A DNA stretch of 64,000 nucleotides, taken from contig JAUVXV010000001.1 of NCBI GenBank assembly GCA_030603365.1, positions 32,001-96,000 on the forward strand. The letters are read 5' to 3'. Position numbers and translations under genes: made by a program. The notes under the pieces are model-generated. The model did no database searches, was not told the origin of the DNA, and saw only the letters and a list, made by a program, of their open reading frames with translations. Below, piece by piece: positions 31,945 through 42,008 of this stretch; position 1 is the stretch's first letter, and every line of letters starts with the position of its first letter. This DNA is from Candidatus Heimdallarchaeota archaeon. Lineage in GTDB: Archaea; Asgardarchaeota; Heimdallarchaeia; Heimdallarchaeales; Heimdallarchaeaceae.

Positions 31945-32928
31945 TTATTGTTGTTCACTCATGAATTTTTTGAGTCGATCTAACTCCTTAAGCATTTCTT
32001 TTCGAAGTGCAGCAATTGAAGTGCTCTTTGCGAATAAATCACCTTCCCCTTCCCCTGCTGTTGGTGGAGCTACTGCTGTTGTTGGTGCTCCTGGAGCTGG
32101 TGGCTTTGGTGTGGGGACTGTAGGTGCTGGTATTGAAGGAGTAATTGCTGGTGCTCCTGGTAGAGCTGATGGTATTGGTGGAGAAGGAACTGCTGTTGCT
32201 GGAGGTGGTGTTGTTACTCCAGGTGGAGGTGGTGGTGCTGCTTGTCCAGGTAATGGAGGAGTTGGTGGAGTAGCGACCTTTGCTTTACCTCTATCTCTCT
32301 TCTTCTTTTTCTTTGGAGGTTTAGAAGGTTTGGGAGCTACAATTGGAGTTGGAGTTGGCATTGGTGGTGCTGGAGCAGCTGGCATTGGTGGTGCTGGAGC
32401 TGATCCTACAGCAGGTGGTGCAGGTGGTGCGGTTGAAGGAGTTGAAGGAGTTACTTCAATTTTTTCTTCTCCTTTAATCTTGCTTAAATAATCACCTTGC
32501 ATTTTCTTCAATTCTTCTTCTAATTGGGAAACTTCTGCTTCTCTGGTAGTCTTTTCAATTTCATCTTCAATTTTCTTGACATCAGATGCATATCTTACAG
32601 ATAATCTGCCAAAAATTGATTCACTAATTTCTTTCTTCTTATGTGCATCAGATAAAGCACGTTGAGCAGCAATTGATTTTGCTTTTTCAATATTTAAAAT
32701 AGCAATTCTCTCTGAAGAAGGAATATCAGTGGGAGTTGGCAAATCTGTTTCAAAATCTAAGTCCAATAGAGAAGGAGCGTCTCTTTTTCTATAAAATCGC
32801 GTAGCAAAAAATACTACAAGAGCACTTAGAAATGTGAAAATCACTAATAGATATATAAGCATCTTTACGCCTGTATCAGTTAAGCTTGCTGGAGGTAAAT
32901 TATTAAACCAATCTGTAAATGGGGACAT
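31945..32928 (-). CDS. Single-pass membrane protein with coiled coil, proline-rich region and C-terminal helix
   Basis: TM near residues 24-42, coiled coil, Pro/Ala-rich tract with PPPPP and KKKKKR, ends LRKEMLKELDRLKKF. Confidence 0.8.
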   Translation of the reverse strand: MSPFTDWFNNLPPASLTDTGVKMLIYLLVIFTFLSALVVFFATRFYRKRDAPSLLDLDFETDLPTPTDIPSSERIAILNIEKAKSIAAQRALSDAHKKKEISESIFGRLSVRYASDVKKIEDEIEKTTREAEVSQLEEELKKMQGDYLSKIKGEEKIEVTPSTPSTAPPAPPAVGSAPAPPMPAAPAPPMPTPTPIVAPKPSKPPKKKKKRDRGKAKVATPPTPPLPGQAAPPPPPGVTTPPPATAVPSPPIPSALPGAPAITPSIPAPTVPTPKPPAPGAPTTAVAPPTAGEGEGDLFAKSTSIAALRKEMLKELDRLKKFMSEQQ

Positions 32929-33100
32929 ATCCTTGCCTCTGAATTTTTATTTAACTAAACTTTTTAGTTTTTTCTCTGTCTAGAGAGTATTAGATTATAC
33001 TTAATAAACTCTGTCAAAGTGTCCAATTAAAAAGGACAATAATATCTTGAGAATATGGTCTTTTTCATACTGAGATATTTTGAAACAAAAAAATCTATTC

Positions 33101-33742
33101 TTACTGTTTCTTAGCTTCGAGTATGGCTTTTACTCTCTTTAATCTAGAAAAAGTTTCACGCTCTTGTTCTTCAAGAGTACTTGCAATGAAGTTTGCAGTT
33201 GCTCTAAGTTTTGGTATTAATATGTAGTTCAGAGCATTAACTCTTCTTTTAGTTTTATTAATCTCAGATGCAAGTTTTTCGAGTAACGTCATTTTTTCTG
33301 CAATGATCATTAATGTTTTCAGAGATTTTCTAAAATAGACTATTGCTCGATCTAATTGTGCACTAGAACTAGTTAAACCGTAAAAAATTTCTTCTTCCTT
33401 TTGGGTTTCCTCTACCACAAACTTTGGTGATTTAACTCCCATAATACTTACAGAGTGAGTTTTTATTTCAAGTACTGAAGGTGCATATTGGGCTAAATCG
33501 CGTATCTTATCAGGGCCAAGAGCCATCTCTCCCTTTGCCAAGGATTGATATGCAATTTTCAGCTCTTTTTCCACTTGCATTCTTGCCTCACGAACTTCAT
33601 CTTTGATGGCATACAATTCAATAACAAGACAATCCATTTTTTCTTTAAGCAGATCATGACCTTTTTGAGCTAGTCGAATCCTAGCTCTGGTATTTAGGAG
33701 TTCCATTCTTGTAGCATTAACAACATTAGAATCAAAGGACAT
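33101..33742 (-). CDS. atpD: A/V-type ATP synthase subunit D (5' end apparently island-derived)
   Basis: TRMELL..RLAQKGHDLLKEK, KTKRRVNAL..IP, ERETFSRLK. Confidence 0.96.
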   Translation of the reverse strand: MSFDSNVVNATRMELLNTRARIRLAQKGHDLLKEKMDCLVIELYAIKDEVREARMQVEKELKIAYQSLAKGEMALGPDKIRDLAQYAPSVLEIKTHSVSIMGVKSPKFVVEETQKEEEIFYGLTSSSAQLDRAIVYFRKSLKTLMIIAEKMTLLEKLASEINKTKRRVNALNYILIPKLRATANFIASTLEEQERETFSRLKRVKAILEAKKQ

Positions 33743-33931
33743 TGATTCAGTTGTAAGTAAAGTTATTAAAAGTTTTATTATACAATTATAATAATTGTTA
33801 ACTCAACTAAGATTGGTTACATTTTTGGGTAAGATATTCTGAGGAGGGTGGTTTTACAATCTGTAATTTCAGTTTTATGATATCTTATAACATATTATTT
33901 ATATGCGTTTATTTTATTAAACAAAATCGAA

Positions 33932-34618
33932 ATGAAAAGTGGGAAGATTTCATTTAAATTGGGGTTTTTATTAATAATAGCTCTAGTTTTTTCTCTATTC
34001 TTTATTAATTTATTTTGGTCAATCATTCCTATTTTCCAATATCGGAAAAATGCTATAATTTTAATTATAGGTGATTATGGTCCTTTTAACGATTCTAATT
34101 ATGATGATGATTTTCTGTCTGAAAAATACAGGGAATATTGGGGAGTAAGAGCTGAAGAACTCAAGAAATTCACTAATTGGGAAGTATATTATTGTTATGA
34201 AAAGACATTTAATTTTCAATTAAGTTATTTTAAAAATCTTCTAGTTATTATTGAAGGTCATGGAAGTGTATCAAATTACTATAACAGTCATTATATCAAA
34301 ATTAATGAGCAAAAAAGGATCTATGCTAGTGAATTTAAAATTCAATGCAATAATCTTACTCTTGTTATTGATTCTTGCTTTAGTTATAATTGGTATTCTG
34401 ATTTTAGTCATAAAAATCTAAATTATTTATTCACAAGTGATTTAAGTAACAATGTTTCATGGAGTCGTTATCAATATCTCCCAGAACCATATGACAATTT
34501 GATAATCCAGAGATACAACCGTTTCTTCCTAGATGCTTTTCTTAAGGATTATTCATATCAGAAAGCAAATGAAACAGCTTGGATTAATATGACTCAGTTT
34601 AATCTTATGAATTATTAA
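33932..34618 (+). CDS. Membrane-anchored caspase-like (clan CD) protein
   Basis: N-terminal TM; VIIEGHG and LVIDSCFS dyad motifs. Confidence 0.65.
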   Translation: MKSGKISFKLGFLLIIALVFSLFFINLFWSIIPIFQYRKNAIILIIGDYGPFNDSNYDDDFLSEKYREYWGVRAEELKKFTNWEVYYCYEKTFNFQLSYFKNLLVIIEGHGSVSNYYNSHYIKINEQKRIYASEFKIQCNNLTLVIDSCFSYNWYSDFSHKNLNYLFTSDLSNNVSWSRYQYLPEPYDNLIIQRYNRFFLDAFLKDYSYQKANETAWINMTQFNLMNY

Positions 34619-34760
34619 CAAAAAAGTTGTCCTCTCTCAAGAGAGATTATTTGAAGAATCATCAAGAATACCAGAATACAAGACCAATCAGTAACATCAA
34701 CCCCAATCAATGGAGAAGAAGTTAACCATGTGATCCATACTTTCTCTAAATAGTACCTAT

Positions 34761-35180
34761 TTAAACTAAGTAAGAATGAGAAATTAGTTTAGCTTGTTGA
34801 CTGATAATCAATATCTGATCTACTTCTTTCTGAGTAAATAGGAAGAATTTTTCTTTTTCGCTTTTATTTAAATATTCAACCATTTCAGAGGCAATAGAAC
34901 TAAAGCGATTAGCTACAATTATAGCCCCATCACAATTTATCTTTCTAGTTCTTTCCTCAGTTCTGATAATAGTATTAGAACCCACACTTTTATTCCAATC
35001 AAAAACAAAAACAGCATACTTTTGAGTTTCATCACTAACAATGAAAGGTTTGATAGTATCTAGCTCATCGAATAATTGTTCAACTTTACCATAACGATGT
35101 AAGAAAAACCAGACCTTAGTTTCCATCGTTTTTATAATCATTTTCTCTAATAAACTTCCTAATAAGAGATATTTGTACAT
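34761..35180 (-). CDS. Mrr-like restriction endonuclease-fold protein, probably inactive
   Basis: FDWNKSVGSNTI..CDGAIIVANRFS..A resembles Mrr_cat; ExK/QxK not intact. Confidence 0.55.
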   Translation of the reverse strand: MYKYLLLGSLLEKMIIKTMETKVWFFLHRYGKVEQLFDELDTIKPFIVSDETQKYAVFVFDWNKSVGSNTIIRTEERTRKINCDGAIIVANRFSSIASEMVEYLNKSEKEKFFLFTQKEVDQILIISQQAKLISHSYLV

Positions 35181-35524
35181 ACGTAGTTCACAAATATTAC
35201 AAAAAAACTTTCTAAAGTATCTTCAAAATTTAGTAATTCTAGTGCTATATTGTATAAGATATTTCTTAAAGCGGGGATAATAATTCCACTAAAAATAGAT
35301 TTGATCTTCATATAATATTTGATAATGATGCCGAATAGATTTCATACATGTCTTTACAAAACTTTCTTCATCGAAGACATCAGATTTCATAAATCAAATC
35401 ACTCAATTCATAATAATTTACAAAGCACATATTTCTACTAAATGTTAATTTCTAGAGTAAAGATCTGAGCGAAAATAAATTAATCTATAAGTTTCAATAC
35501 ACCCTCCGAAAAAGTTAAATGTAA

Positions 35525-35538
35525 TACACTATAGTGTA
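35525..35538. promoter_or_regulatory. Perfect 14-bp palindrome, candidate operator
   Basis: TACACTATAGTGTA between a BRE/TATA-like AAAAAGTTAAAT (35509-35520) and the operon start. Confidence 0.5.
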
Positions 35539-35547
35539 ATAAGTAAG

Positions 35548-36228
35548 TTGATTAAAATGTTCAGTAAGGAGGTTGAATTAGTAGACAACTTTTTAACTAA
35601 TATGTTCAAGGAATATGAATTCAATAATTATGATATAATATGTGAGTACCCATATAATTCAGGGAGAGCAGATATAGTTCTTGCAAACATTAACAAAAAA
35701 AAGCTAAAAAAGCGCTTGAAATCTGGATTGATTGAACCATTAAAGAATAAAATTCAGATTCAAATATTGTTCCATCTAGCTAAAAACAAAACTATTGAAA
35801 AAGATAAATTACAAAATATTCTTTGCTCGAAATCTTTCAAATCGAACATCAAAATCCTAATTAAAAATGGTTATGTAAAGGAGAACGCAAAAAACTACAT
35901 AATATCGAAAAAATATAAAATTCACATTAGTGACGTTATCGCTATAGAAGCAAAGATTAAAAATATTAGAAGAGCACTAGAACAAATTCTTCAAACCTCG
36001 TCTTTTGCAAATAAAAGATACATTCTCTTGGATCCTGATTATTCAACTAATATCTACAAATACACTGAATTATTAGCAAATAAAGGAATTGGATTAATAA
36101 TTGTTGAAAAAAATACTCCATTAATTCTGAAAAAATCTAAGACAATTACTCCTTATTCAGAAATTGCTTTACTGCATTTAAATGAATACCACTTTAGGAA
36201 GCGAGGTTCAAATTATGACTGTAGCTAA
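35548..36228 (+). CDS. PD-(D/E)XK nuclease-fold protein with winged-helix insertion
   Basis: E..GRADIV [helical insert] IAIEAK...AL.Q...FA..Y...GIGLI. Confidence 0.75.
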   Translation: MIKMFSKEVELVDNFLTNMFKEYEFNNYDIICEYPYNSGRADIVLANINKKKLKKRLKSGLIEPLKNKIQIQILFHLAKNKTIEKDKLQNILCSKSFKSNIKILIKNGYVKENAKNYIISKKYKIHISDVIAIEAKIKNIRRALEQILQTSSFANKRYILLDPDYSTNIYKYTELLANKGIGLIIVEKNTPLILKKSKTITPYSEIALLHLNEYHFRKRGSNYDCS

Positions 36229-37084
36229 TTTTTCTATCGAAGATATTCAAGTATTTTTTCCTAAGCTCGAAATAAAGAATGTAATTGGAAGGGGTGGACA
36301 AAAACAGGTCTTTAAAGCCCTCTTGGATGATAAAATCGTTGCTTTGAAGATTATTATTTTGAAAAAAGATAAGAACATTAAAAAACAACTCAAAAGGATT
36401 TCAAGAGAACTTAAAGCTATGATTAATGTAAAGTCACCACATTTAGTAGAACTCTTAGCTGCAAATTTTATTGCTATCAATGGGGAGATGTGCTATTACT
36501 ACATTGAGGATTTCATAGAAGGAGACAATTTACGGGACTTAATCGTTAACAAGAAAAATGATTTTACCAAAAAAGAATTCATTCAAATAGGGAAGTGTCT
36601 TTTATTGGCAGCAGAAGAATTGTGGAAATTTGGTATTGTTCATAGAGATATAAAACCAGAAAACATCATTATTACAGAAGATAAGAAAGCATGTTTATTA
36701 GACCTTGGAATAGCACAATTCAAAGATGATTCTACTATAACTATCCCTTTTTTTGGGAGAGGACCAGGAACATCAGGATACATGGCTCCTGAGTTGTTGA
36801 ATTATGACAAAGAGTTACAATCCATTCGAACAGATATCTTCTCCATAGGAATTACACTTATTGAATCTTATACGGGGAAACATCCTTTTGACATTGCTAA
36901 TTCAGAAAATTCAAGAGATGAAAATATATTAATGGAAAAAAAATCTTCTTTTAAAAAATACTTTAAGAATGAATCTTGTCTTTTTGATTCTTTAGATATG
37001 ATGATAAATTATCATCCTTATGAAAGACCAACAAATGCAAAGAAAGCTATAGAAAATCTAGAAAGGTGCTTAGAAAATGAATAA
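36215..37084 (+). CDS. Hanks-type Ser/Thr protein kinase
   Basis: GRGGQKQV, VALK, HRDIKPEN, DLG, GT.GYMAPE; start MTVANF preceded by GAGGT. Confidence 0.95.
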   Translation: MTVANFSIEDIQVFFPKLEIKNVIGRGGQKQVFKALLDDKIVALKIIILKKDKNIKKQLKRISRELKAMINVKSPHLVELLAANFIAINGEMCYYYIEDFIEGDNLRDLIVNKKNDFTKKEFIQIGKCLLLAAEELWKFGIVHRDIKPENIIITEDKKACLLDLGIAQFKDDSTITIPFFGRGPGTSGYMAPELLNYDKELQSIRTDIFSIGITLIESYTGKHPFDIANSENSRDENILMEKKSSFKKYFKNESCLFDSLDMMINYHPYERPTNAKKAIENLERCLENE

Positions 37085-38264
37085 TGAATTCTATTTCCAA
37101 ATGGGACATGGACAGCTAGAAATGATTCCCAATTTAATTAGTCTAGGAATTGGTGATGGAATTATCTTAAGTCCCAAAGATGTTAAATTTAATAGATGTG
37201 AAAAATTTGTGAAAGATGTACGTAAAATCAAACCAGATATTTCTATTATCTTTGATCCACAATTTTATTTTCCAAAATTTGATCATGATAATGTAGTTAG
37301 TTATCCATATTATATAGATAACTTTGAAACAGATGATTTTTATTCTAATAGTTCAAAACAGAAAGAATTTCATAACAAACTTGTTGAAACCCAGTTGATT
37401 TTTGATGCTGATATTATATTAACTCCAGCTATTTATAGAAAAACATTTTCTCTAGCAAATTTCAGACAAAGTCTTGACTTTGCTAACGAATTCAGGGAAG
37501 TAGCTGAATCAGAAGGACGACCTATCTATTTAACATTGCAATTTCACATAAGAACGCTACTAGATAGTGATTACTTTGATAAAATTTTAAGTTTAGTAAC
37601 AAATCTTGGCTATAAAGGTATCTATCTAGTTTTGGAACTTGAAGAAGAAGAGAAATTTCTTTGGACAAATCAAGCAAATATGTATCTTGTTATGAAATTT
37701 CTCCACCATTTAGTCAACAATAACATTGATATTATTATGGGGTATTCTGCACAGAGCATAATACCCATGTTAGTTACAGGAATAACGAAATATGCATCGG
37801 GTCACCATCGTAACTTACGAACATTCGAAACAGAACGTTGGAGTAAAGAAAAAGAAGTGAGAACACCAAAAGACAAATATTATTCACACAAATTACTCAC
37901 AGATCTAGACATTGATTCTGATTTAGAATTACTATTTCAAAGAAAAAATGATTTATATGAACTTATAAGATCACCATCTCCCTTCGACAATAGCTTATTT
38001 GATGGTGATTCTCCTGCTACAATACCTTGGAGAAGATATAGTTATAGACACTACATATATTGTTGTGATCAAATGAAAACAGAAGTTAGTAGTCCTGATA
38101 AATCAAAAAGATACACAGAAGCAATAGAAATACTGGAGAATGCAGACAATCTTTTCTCATCATTGAAAAAAAGAGGAGTTTCCTTTAAAAGACGTGTTAA
38201 TGATGGTTCTCACATAAGGGGATGGATTGCAGCACTAAATGCTTATGAAGACGAATTCATGTGA
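37077..38264 (+). CDS. Uncharacterised protein, putative TIM barrel of the beta/sce7725-like family
   Basis: FQMGHG, GIILSP, FDPQFY, alternating beta/alpha pattern; overlaps the kinase stop codon. Family call is from recall only. Confidence 0.55.
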   Translation: MNNEFYFQMGHGQLEMIPNLISLGIGDGIILSPKDVKFNRCEKFVKDVRKIKPDISIIFDPQFYFPKFDHDNVVSYPYYIDNFETDDFYSNSSKQKEFHNKLVETQLIFDADIILTPAIYRKTFSLANFRQSLDFANEFREVAESEGRPIYLTLQFHIRTLLDSDYFDKILSLVTNLGYKGIYLVLELEEEEKFLWTNQANMYLVMKFLHHLVNNNIDIIMGYSAQSIIPMLVTGITKYASGHHRNLRTFETERWSKEKEVRTPKDKYYSHKLLTDLDIDSDLELLFQRKNDLYELIRSPSPFDNSLFDGDSPATIPWRRYSYRHYIYCCDQMKTEVSSPDKSKRYTEAIEILENADNLFSSLKKRGVSFKRRVNDGSHIRGWIAALNAYEDEFM

Positions 38265-39876
38265 AAGTGGGTTTCAGCTTGGTGGAGAAAAACAACCTGA
38301 TACTGGCTTCAAGGGAACACATTACACTTCTGTAGATAACAAAATTGCAAGAGTAAGCTCTTTAGGTTCGTCTATTGGAAGAGCGGAAGAATATTTCTTT
38401 AAAGATGCGAATAAGTCACCTCTTGGTTCAAAACAACAAATGAAATTTAGCAAACTAAGAAAATTCTATCATGACCCTGGAGCTATTAAAGGAAAAGAAA
38501 CGGATTACAGAACTTTAAAGATTTTAGACGAAGTTTTAGTAAGACTACAGCTTCCAAAGAAAACTCAAGATAGATCACGATTTCTATATAGGGAATATAA
38601 GGATAAATACAAAGGAAAGATAGCTAACCATGTGCTATTATCTGCTGTATGTGTTTTCCAAGCAATAAGAGAAAATAAATGCCCCACTACCCTAAAGGAC
38701 TTGGTAACCACATACCAACAACTCAAGCACAGAGTTTATGCTAGAACAATTATCAAACTAAAGGAAAGGTTAGAAATTAGAACTTCTTTAAGGAGAAGTT
38801 AAGACTATGTTTCCCAGATTTGTTCTGATCTTTGCAAAAGTCCAGTCATTATTGATAGACTCCTATGTAAGTACAAAATAAATGTTAGAGTATATGAAAA
38901 TATTCTCAGATTGCTAAGTTATCGTCTACTCGAAAACATAAGTCTTAAAGATCGTGGAGGAAGAAGACCTCGACCTTTTGCAACAGCTGTTGTCTATGTT
39001 GTCGATAAACGCTTTGCACAGCTTATGTTAAAAGGAGGTAGTGCTCTAACACAGAAACTAACAGCAAAATATACTGGAGTGGCAGAATTTACCATTCGAG
39101 AACATTCTGAATTTGCTTTAAAATACTGCACTGATGATCTATATGCAGATATCAGAACTCACCTAGGTATGGCTAAAGGATTGAAGCCATTACCACAAAA
39201 TGCAAACCAACAGGAACTGATAAAATCTGTCTGTGAGTTCTTTAGTATACCTTCCAAAACAAAGAACAGAGCTTTGTTCTTGTTTGAAAATTACAGTGAA
39301 GTATATCAAGAAAATATCTCAAATACTATCCTCTTATCTGCTTTATGCTTACTTTTTGCCTTAAGAGAACATAAGTGTAATATTATACCCATGGAAATCA
39401 TCACAGCTTTCAAAATTATGGGACAAAGTATATCAGAGAGCCAATTAGTAAAGTTGTTGAGAGAATTAGAATTAAAAGAAGTAAAAACAGTTTTTCTAGA
39501 GAGTGAAGATTATATCCCAACTGTTCTTTCACTTATTAGTTCTAGCCTAAAGGTACGAGCAAGGTTGTTAAATAAATACAAGATGAATATTCAAGCATAT
39601 AAAAAACTTCTACTAATTATAAGTGATCAAATATTGCAGAAAATCCCTGCATCCAAACGCAAACACTATCCCCCTTATACCTTTACTGTAGCGGTTTTTT
39701 ATACTGTGGATAAGTATTTTGCTCAGTATATCAAAAAATCCTCAGTTTTAACCTATGAGATTATTTAAGATACAACTAGAATTACCCATTCAGAAATTTC
39801 AAAACATGTTGATTTTGTCTCTTCTTTCATTACTAAGGATATTTTCAGAATTTTCAAAGATTCTTTCTCCACATAA
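38265..39876 (+). pseudogene. Divergent TFB/TFIIB-like gene with duplicated cyclin-fold core, two in-frame TAA stops and no Zn ribbon
   Basis: ORFs 38239-38802 and 38911-39768 share a frame; reading through TAA 38800-38802 and 39766-39768 gives two alignable repeats; GRRP..A..VY and LTQ...A..TGVAEFTIREH TFB motifs. Confidence 0.75.
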
Positions 39877-40073
39877 CAATATGATCCAAACTTGTGTTCA
39901 AATAGTAGATTTATTCAAGGCTAATATGTTTTCAAAGGAGTGAATATAAGCTGCTCAACATATCTGAAAATGTGTTCTTTGAAACAGGAGTTATTGTCCT
40001 GTTTTTAAGAAATGTTTATATTTCCTTAAACAAATAAAAAGTGTACAAAATATAAAGGAAGGAGAGAAAAGTA

Positions 40074-41255
40074 ATGCGATATAACAAAATCTATTTTTTG
40101 CTATTGATTATACTAATGTGTGTAACACCTTTATTTAGTATTGGAAAACCGCATATGAAAATAACTTTGAATGGAGAAATAACCGAAGATGTTCCAAATC
40201 CATCTGTAAAAGTTGGTCAGCTTCAAGATGGTGCGTATACTTATACTGGCGCAGATATTGTAGTCTATGAATGTGGGATACATATTGATGATCATGTTAC
40301 TGTGGTGGTAATTGACGATGGACTTCATCGGTGGGAATGGAAAGCACTAGAGCAAAACCCAGAAGCTAATGTGGATATCGTTGGATTTGTTACAGAAGAC
40401 ACAGATGATTCAATTAACTGGATTACAAACCCCGATAATCTTCCATATACACAGAAAGTTTATGGTCATGGTTTTGCTGTTGTATCAGCACTTGCAGCAA
40501 TTGCAAGAGATGTAGAAGTGGTTTTTGTTGATCTTCAAATGTTTGTATCAATTTTTAAATATGACACCTATGGATTTGAATTAAACGATGAATCACTTTG
40601 GAATTGGATTGACACATACCAATCATCACTTGATATAGATATTATTTCCTGTTCAGTTGCAACATTTAGTGATTATGCTACAAGTGCAATTTTTGATAGT
40701 TGGGATAGCTTGAATGATAAAGGTGTGATGATGGTTTGTGCTGCTGGTAATGGTGGGAGTTACTTGAACTATGAAACAGCAGTAGGAGAATATATTATGT
40801 ATAATCAATATTATACAGATTGGTACACTATTGGTTCAGTTGACCACGAAAATAGACCAGGTGAGTCTATAAAACACCAGAGAACAGATTTATCATCTTG
40901 GTTTGAAGATTATACAGCTGGAAACCACATAGTTAATTGGCTTGCACCCGGAAACGGAATACCTGTTTTAACACAACCTTATAGAGATATTATACTTGAT
41001 GTTTACAGAGGAACTTGGGTATATATGGCAGGAACTAGTATTAGCACACCCTACTTAGCAGGGATAATTGCATTAATTATAACTGGATACCATAATGGGT
41101 TAGGTTCTTATACAGATCCTACGGTGCAAAAGGTAATAGATATCCTTCAATATGCTAGTTCAAGAAGTATTTTTGACCAAAAAATGGGATATGGATACGT
41201 TGATGCTTACTTAGCTTATGGGAGAGCATATACGGAGGGGAGATTAGCAATCTAA
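40074..41255 (+). CDS. Secreted subtilase (S8 serine protease)
   Basis: Signal peptide; VIDDG (Asp), GHG (His), AAGN, GTSISTP (Ser). Confidence 0.88.
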   Translation: MRYNKIYFLLLIILMCVTPLFSIGKPHMKITLNGEITEDVPNPSVKVGQLQDGAYTYTGADIVVYECGIHIDDHVTVVVIDDGLHRWEWKALEQNPEANVDIVGFVTEDTDDSINWITNPDNLPYTQKVYGHGFAVVSALAAIARDVEVVFVDLQMFVSIFKYDTYGFELNDESLWNWIDTYQSSLDIDIISCSVATFSDYATSAIFDSWDSLNDKGVMMVCAAGNGGSYLNYETAVGEYIMYNQYYTDWYTIGSVDHENRPGESIKHQRTDLSSWFEDYTAGNHIVNWLAPGNGIPVLTQPYRDIILDVYRGTWVYMAGTSISTPYLAGIIALIITGYHNGLGSYTDPTVQKVIDILQYASSRSIFDQKMGYGYVDAYLAYGRAYTEGRLAI

Positions 41256-41330
41256 ATGGTTATATGTGCTATTGTACTAGTATAATTAAAAACCAGTTGC
41301 TAGAATTAGAGAATAAGGAGGAAGGATGTT

Positions 41331-42008
41331 ATGAATACAAAATCTGGTAAATTCTTGGCTATATCGTTAATAGTATTTACACTTTTACTCCCTTGTGTAC
41401 TGGTAGTAGAAGGGGAGGAATCAACTATTGCTTCTAGAGTCTCAGAAATTTCTGAAGTTTCTGAACTTCACAATTCATATTTTAGCAAACCCAATACCAC
41501 TTTGTTTGGTATCAATGTAACAGTAGAAATTTTAAATAAAGAAACTGAAAATCAAACAGTCACTGAAATATCTGATTATTTACCAAAGGTTATCATCAAT
41601 GCATCACTTGAGAACCAATCATTGGAATTTGAACGATTAGGATATGTACACTCAACAGTTATGAAACATACTTATCAACCGGGCATTACAGTTGAATATA
41701 GTTATGTTATGTTCTATATTAATCAAACGGATTTAGATCAACTTCCAGATGGCAATTACACTCTTTGGAGACCAATCAATACTGCTTATCAGTGGTTAAA
41801 TACTACTAAAGCAGAAGTATTACTTACAACAATTAACGTATCTTCTGGTGTGCTGAATATAACTTACATAGAATTCGATTATAATCCTACAGAAGTAACG
41901 AGTATCTCATTCATATTCCCAATAGTATTCTTTTTGCTATTTTCATTAATGGTTGCGAATAACACAAGGAAAAAATCACTGTATAATCAAAAAGAAGTAT
42001 CTAAGTAA
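41331..42008 (+). CDS. Secreted surface protein with C-terminal membrane anchor
   Basis: Signal peptide, many NxS/T sequons, C-terminal TM + RKK. Confidence 0.75.
   Translation: MNTKSGKFLAISLIVFTLLLPCVLVVEGEESTIASRVSEISEVSELHNSYFSKPNTTLFGINVTVEILNKETENQTVTEISDYLPKVIINASLENQSLEFERLGYVHSTVMKHTYQPGITVEYSYVMFYINQTDLDQLPDGNYTLWRPINTAYQWLNTTKAEVLLTTINVSSGVLNITYIEFDYNPTEVTSISFIFPIVFFLLFSLMVANNTRKKSLYNQKEVSK

Noticed and set aside
31925-32491. 188-aa Gly-rich ORF on the + strand
   Set aside because: Antisense shadow of the Pro-rich gene (CCN codons read as GGN); no independent support.
38800-39768. TAA reassignment or suppression by the degenerate tRNA
   Set aside because: TAA terminates many host and island genes normally, and the CAG anticodon cannot read UAA.
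39755-39943. 62-aa ORF
   Set aside because: Out-of-frame overlap with the tail of the TFB-like pseudogene.
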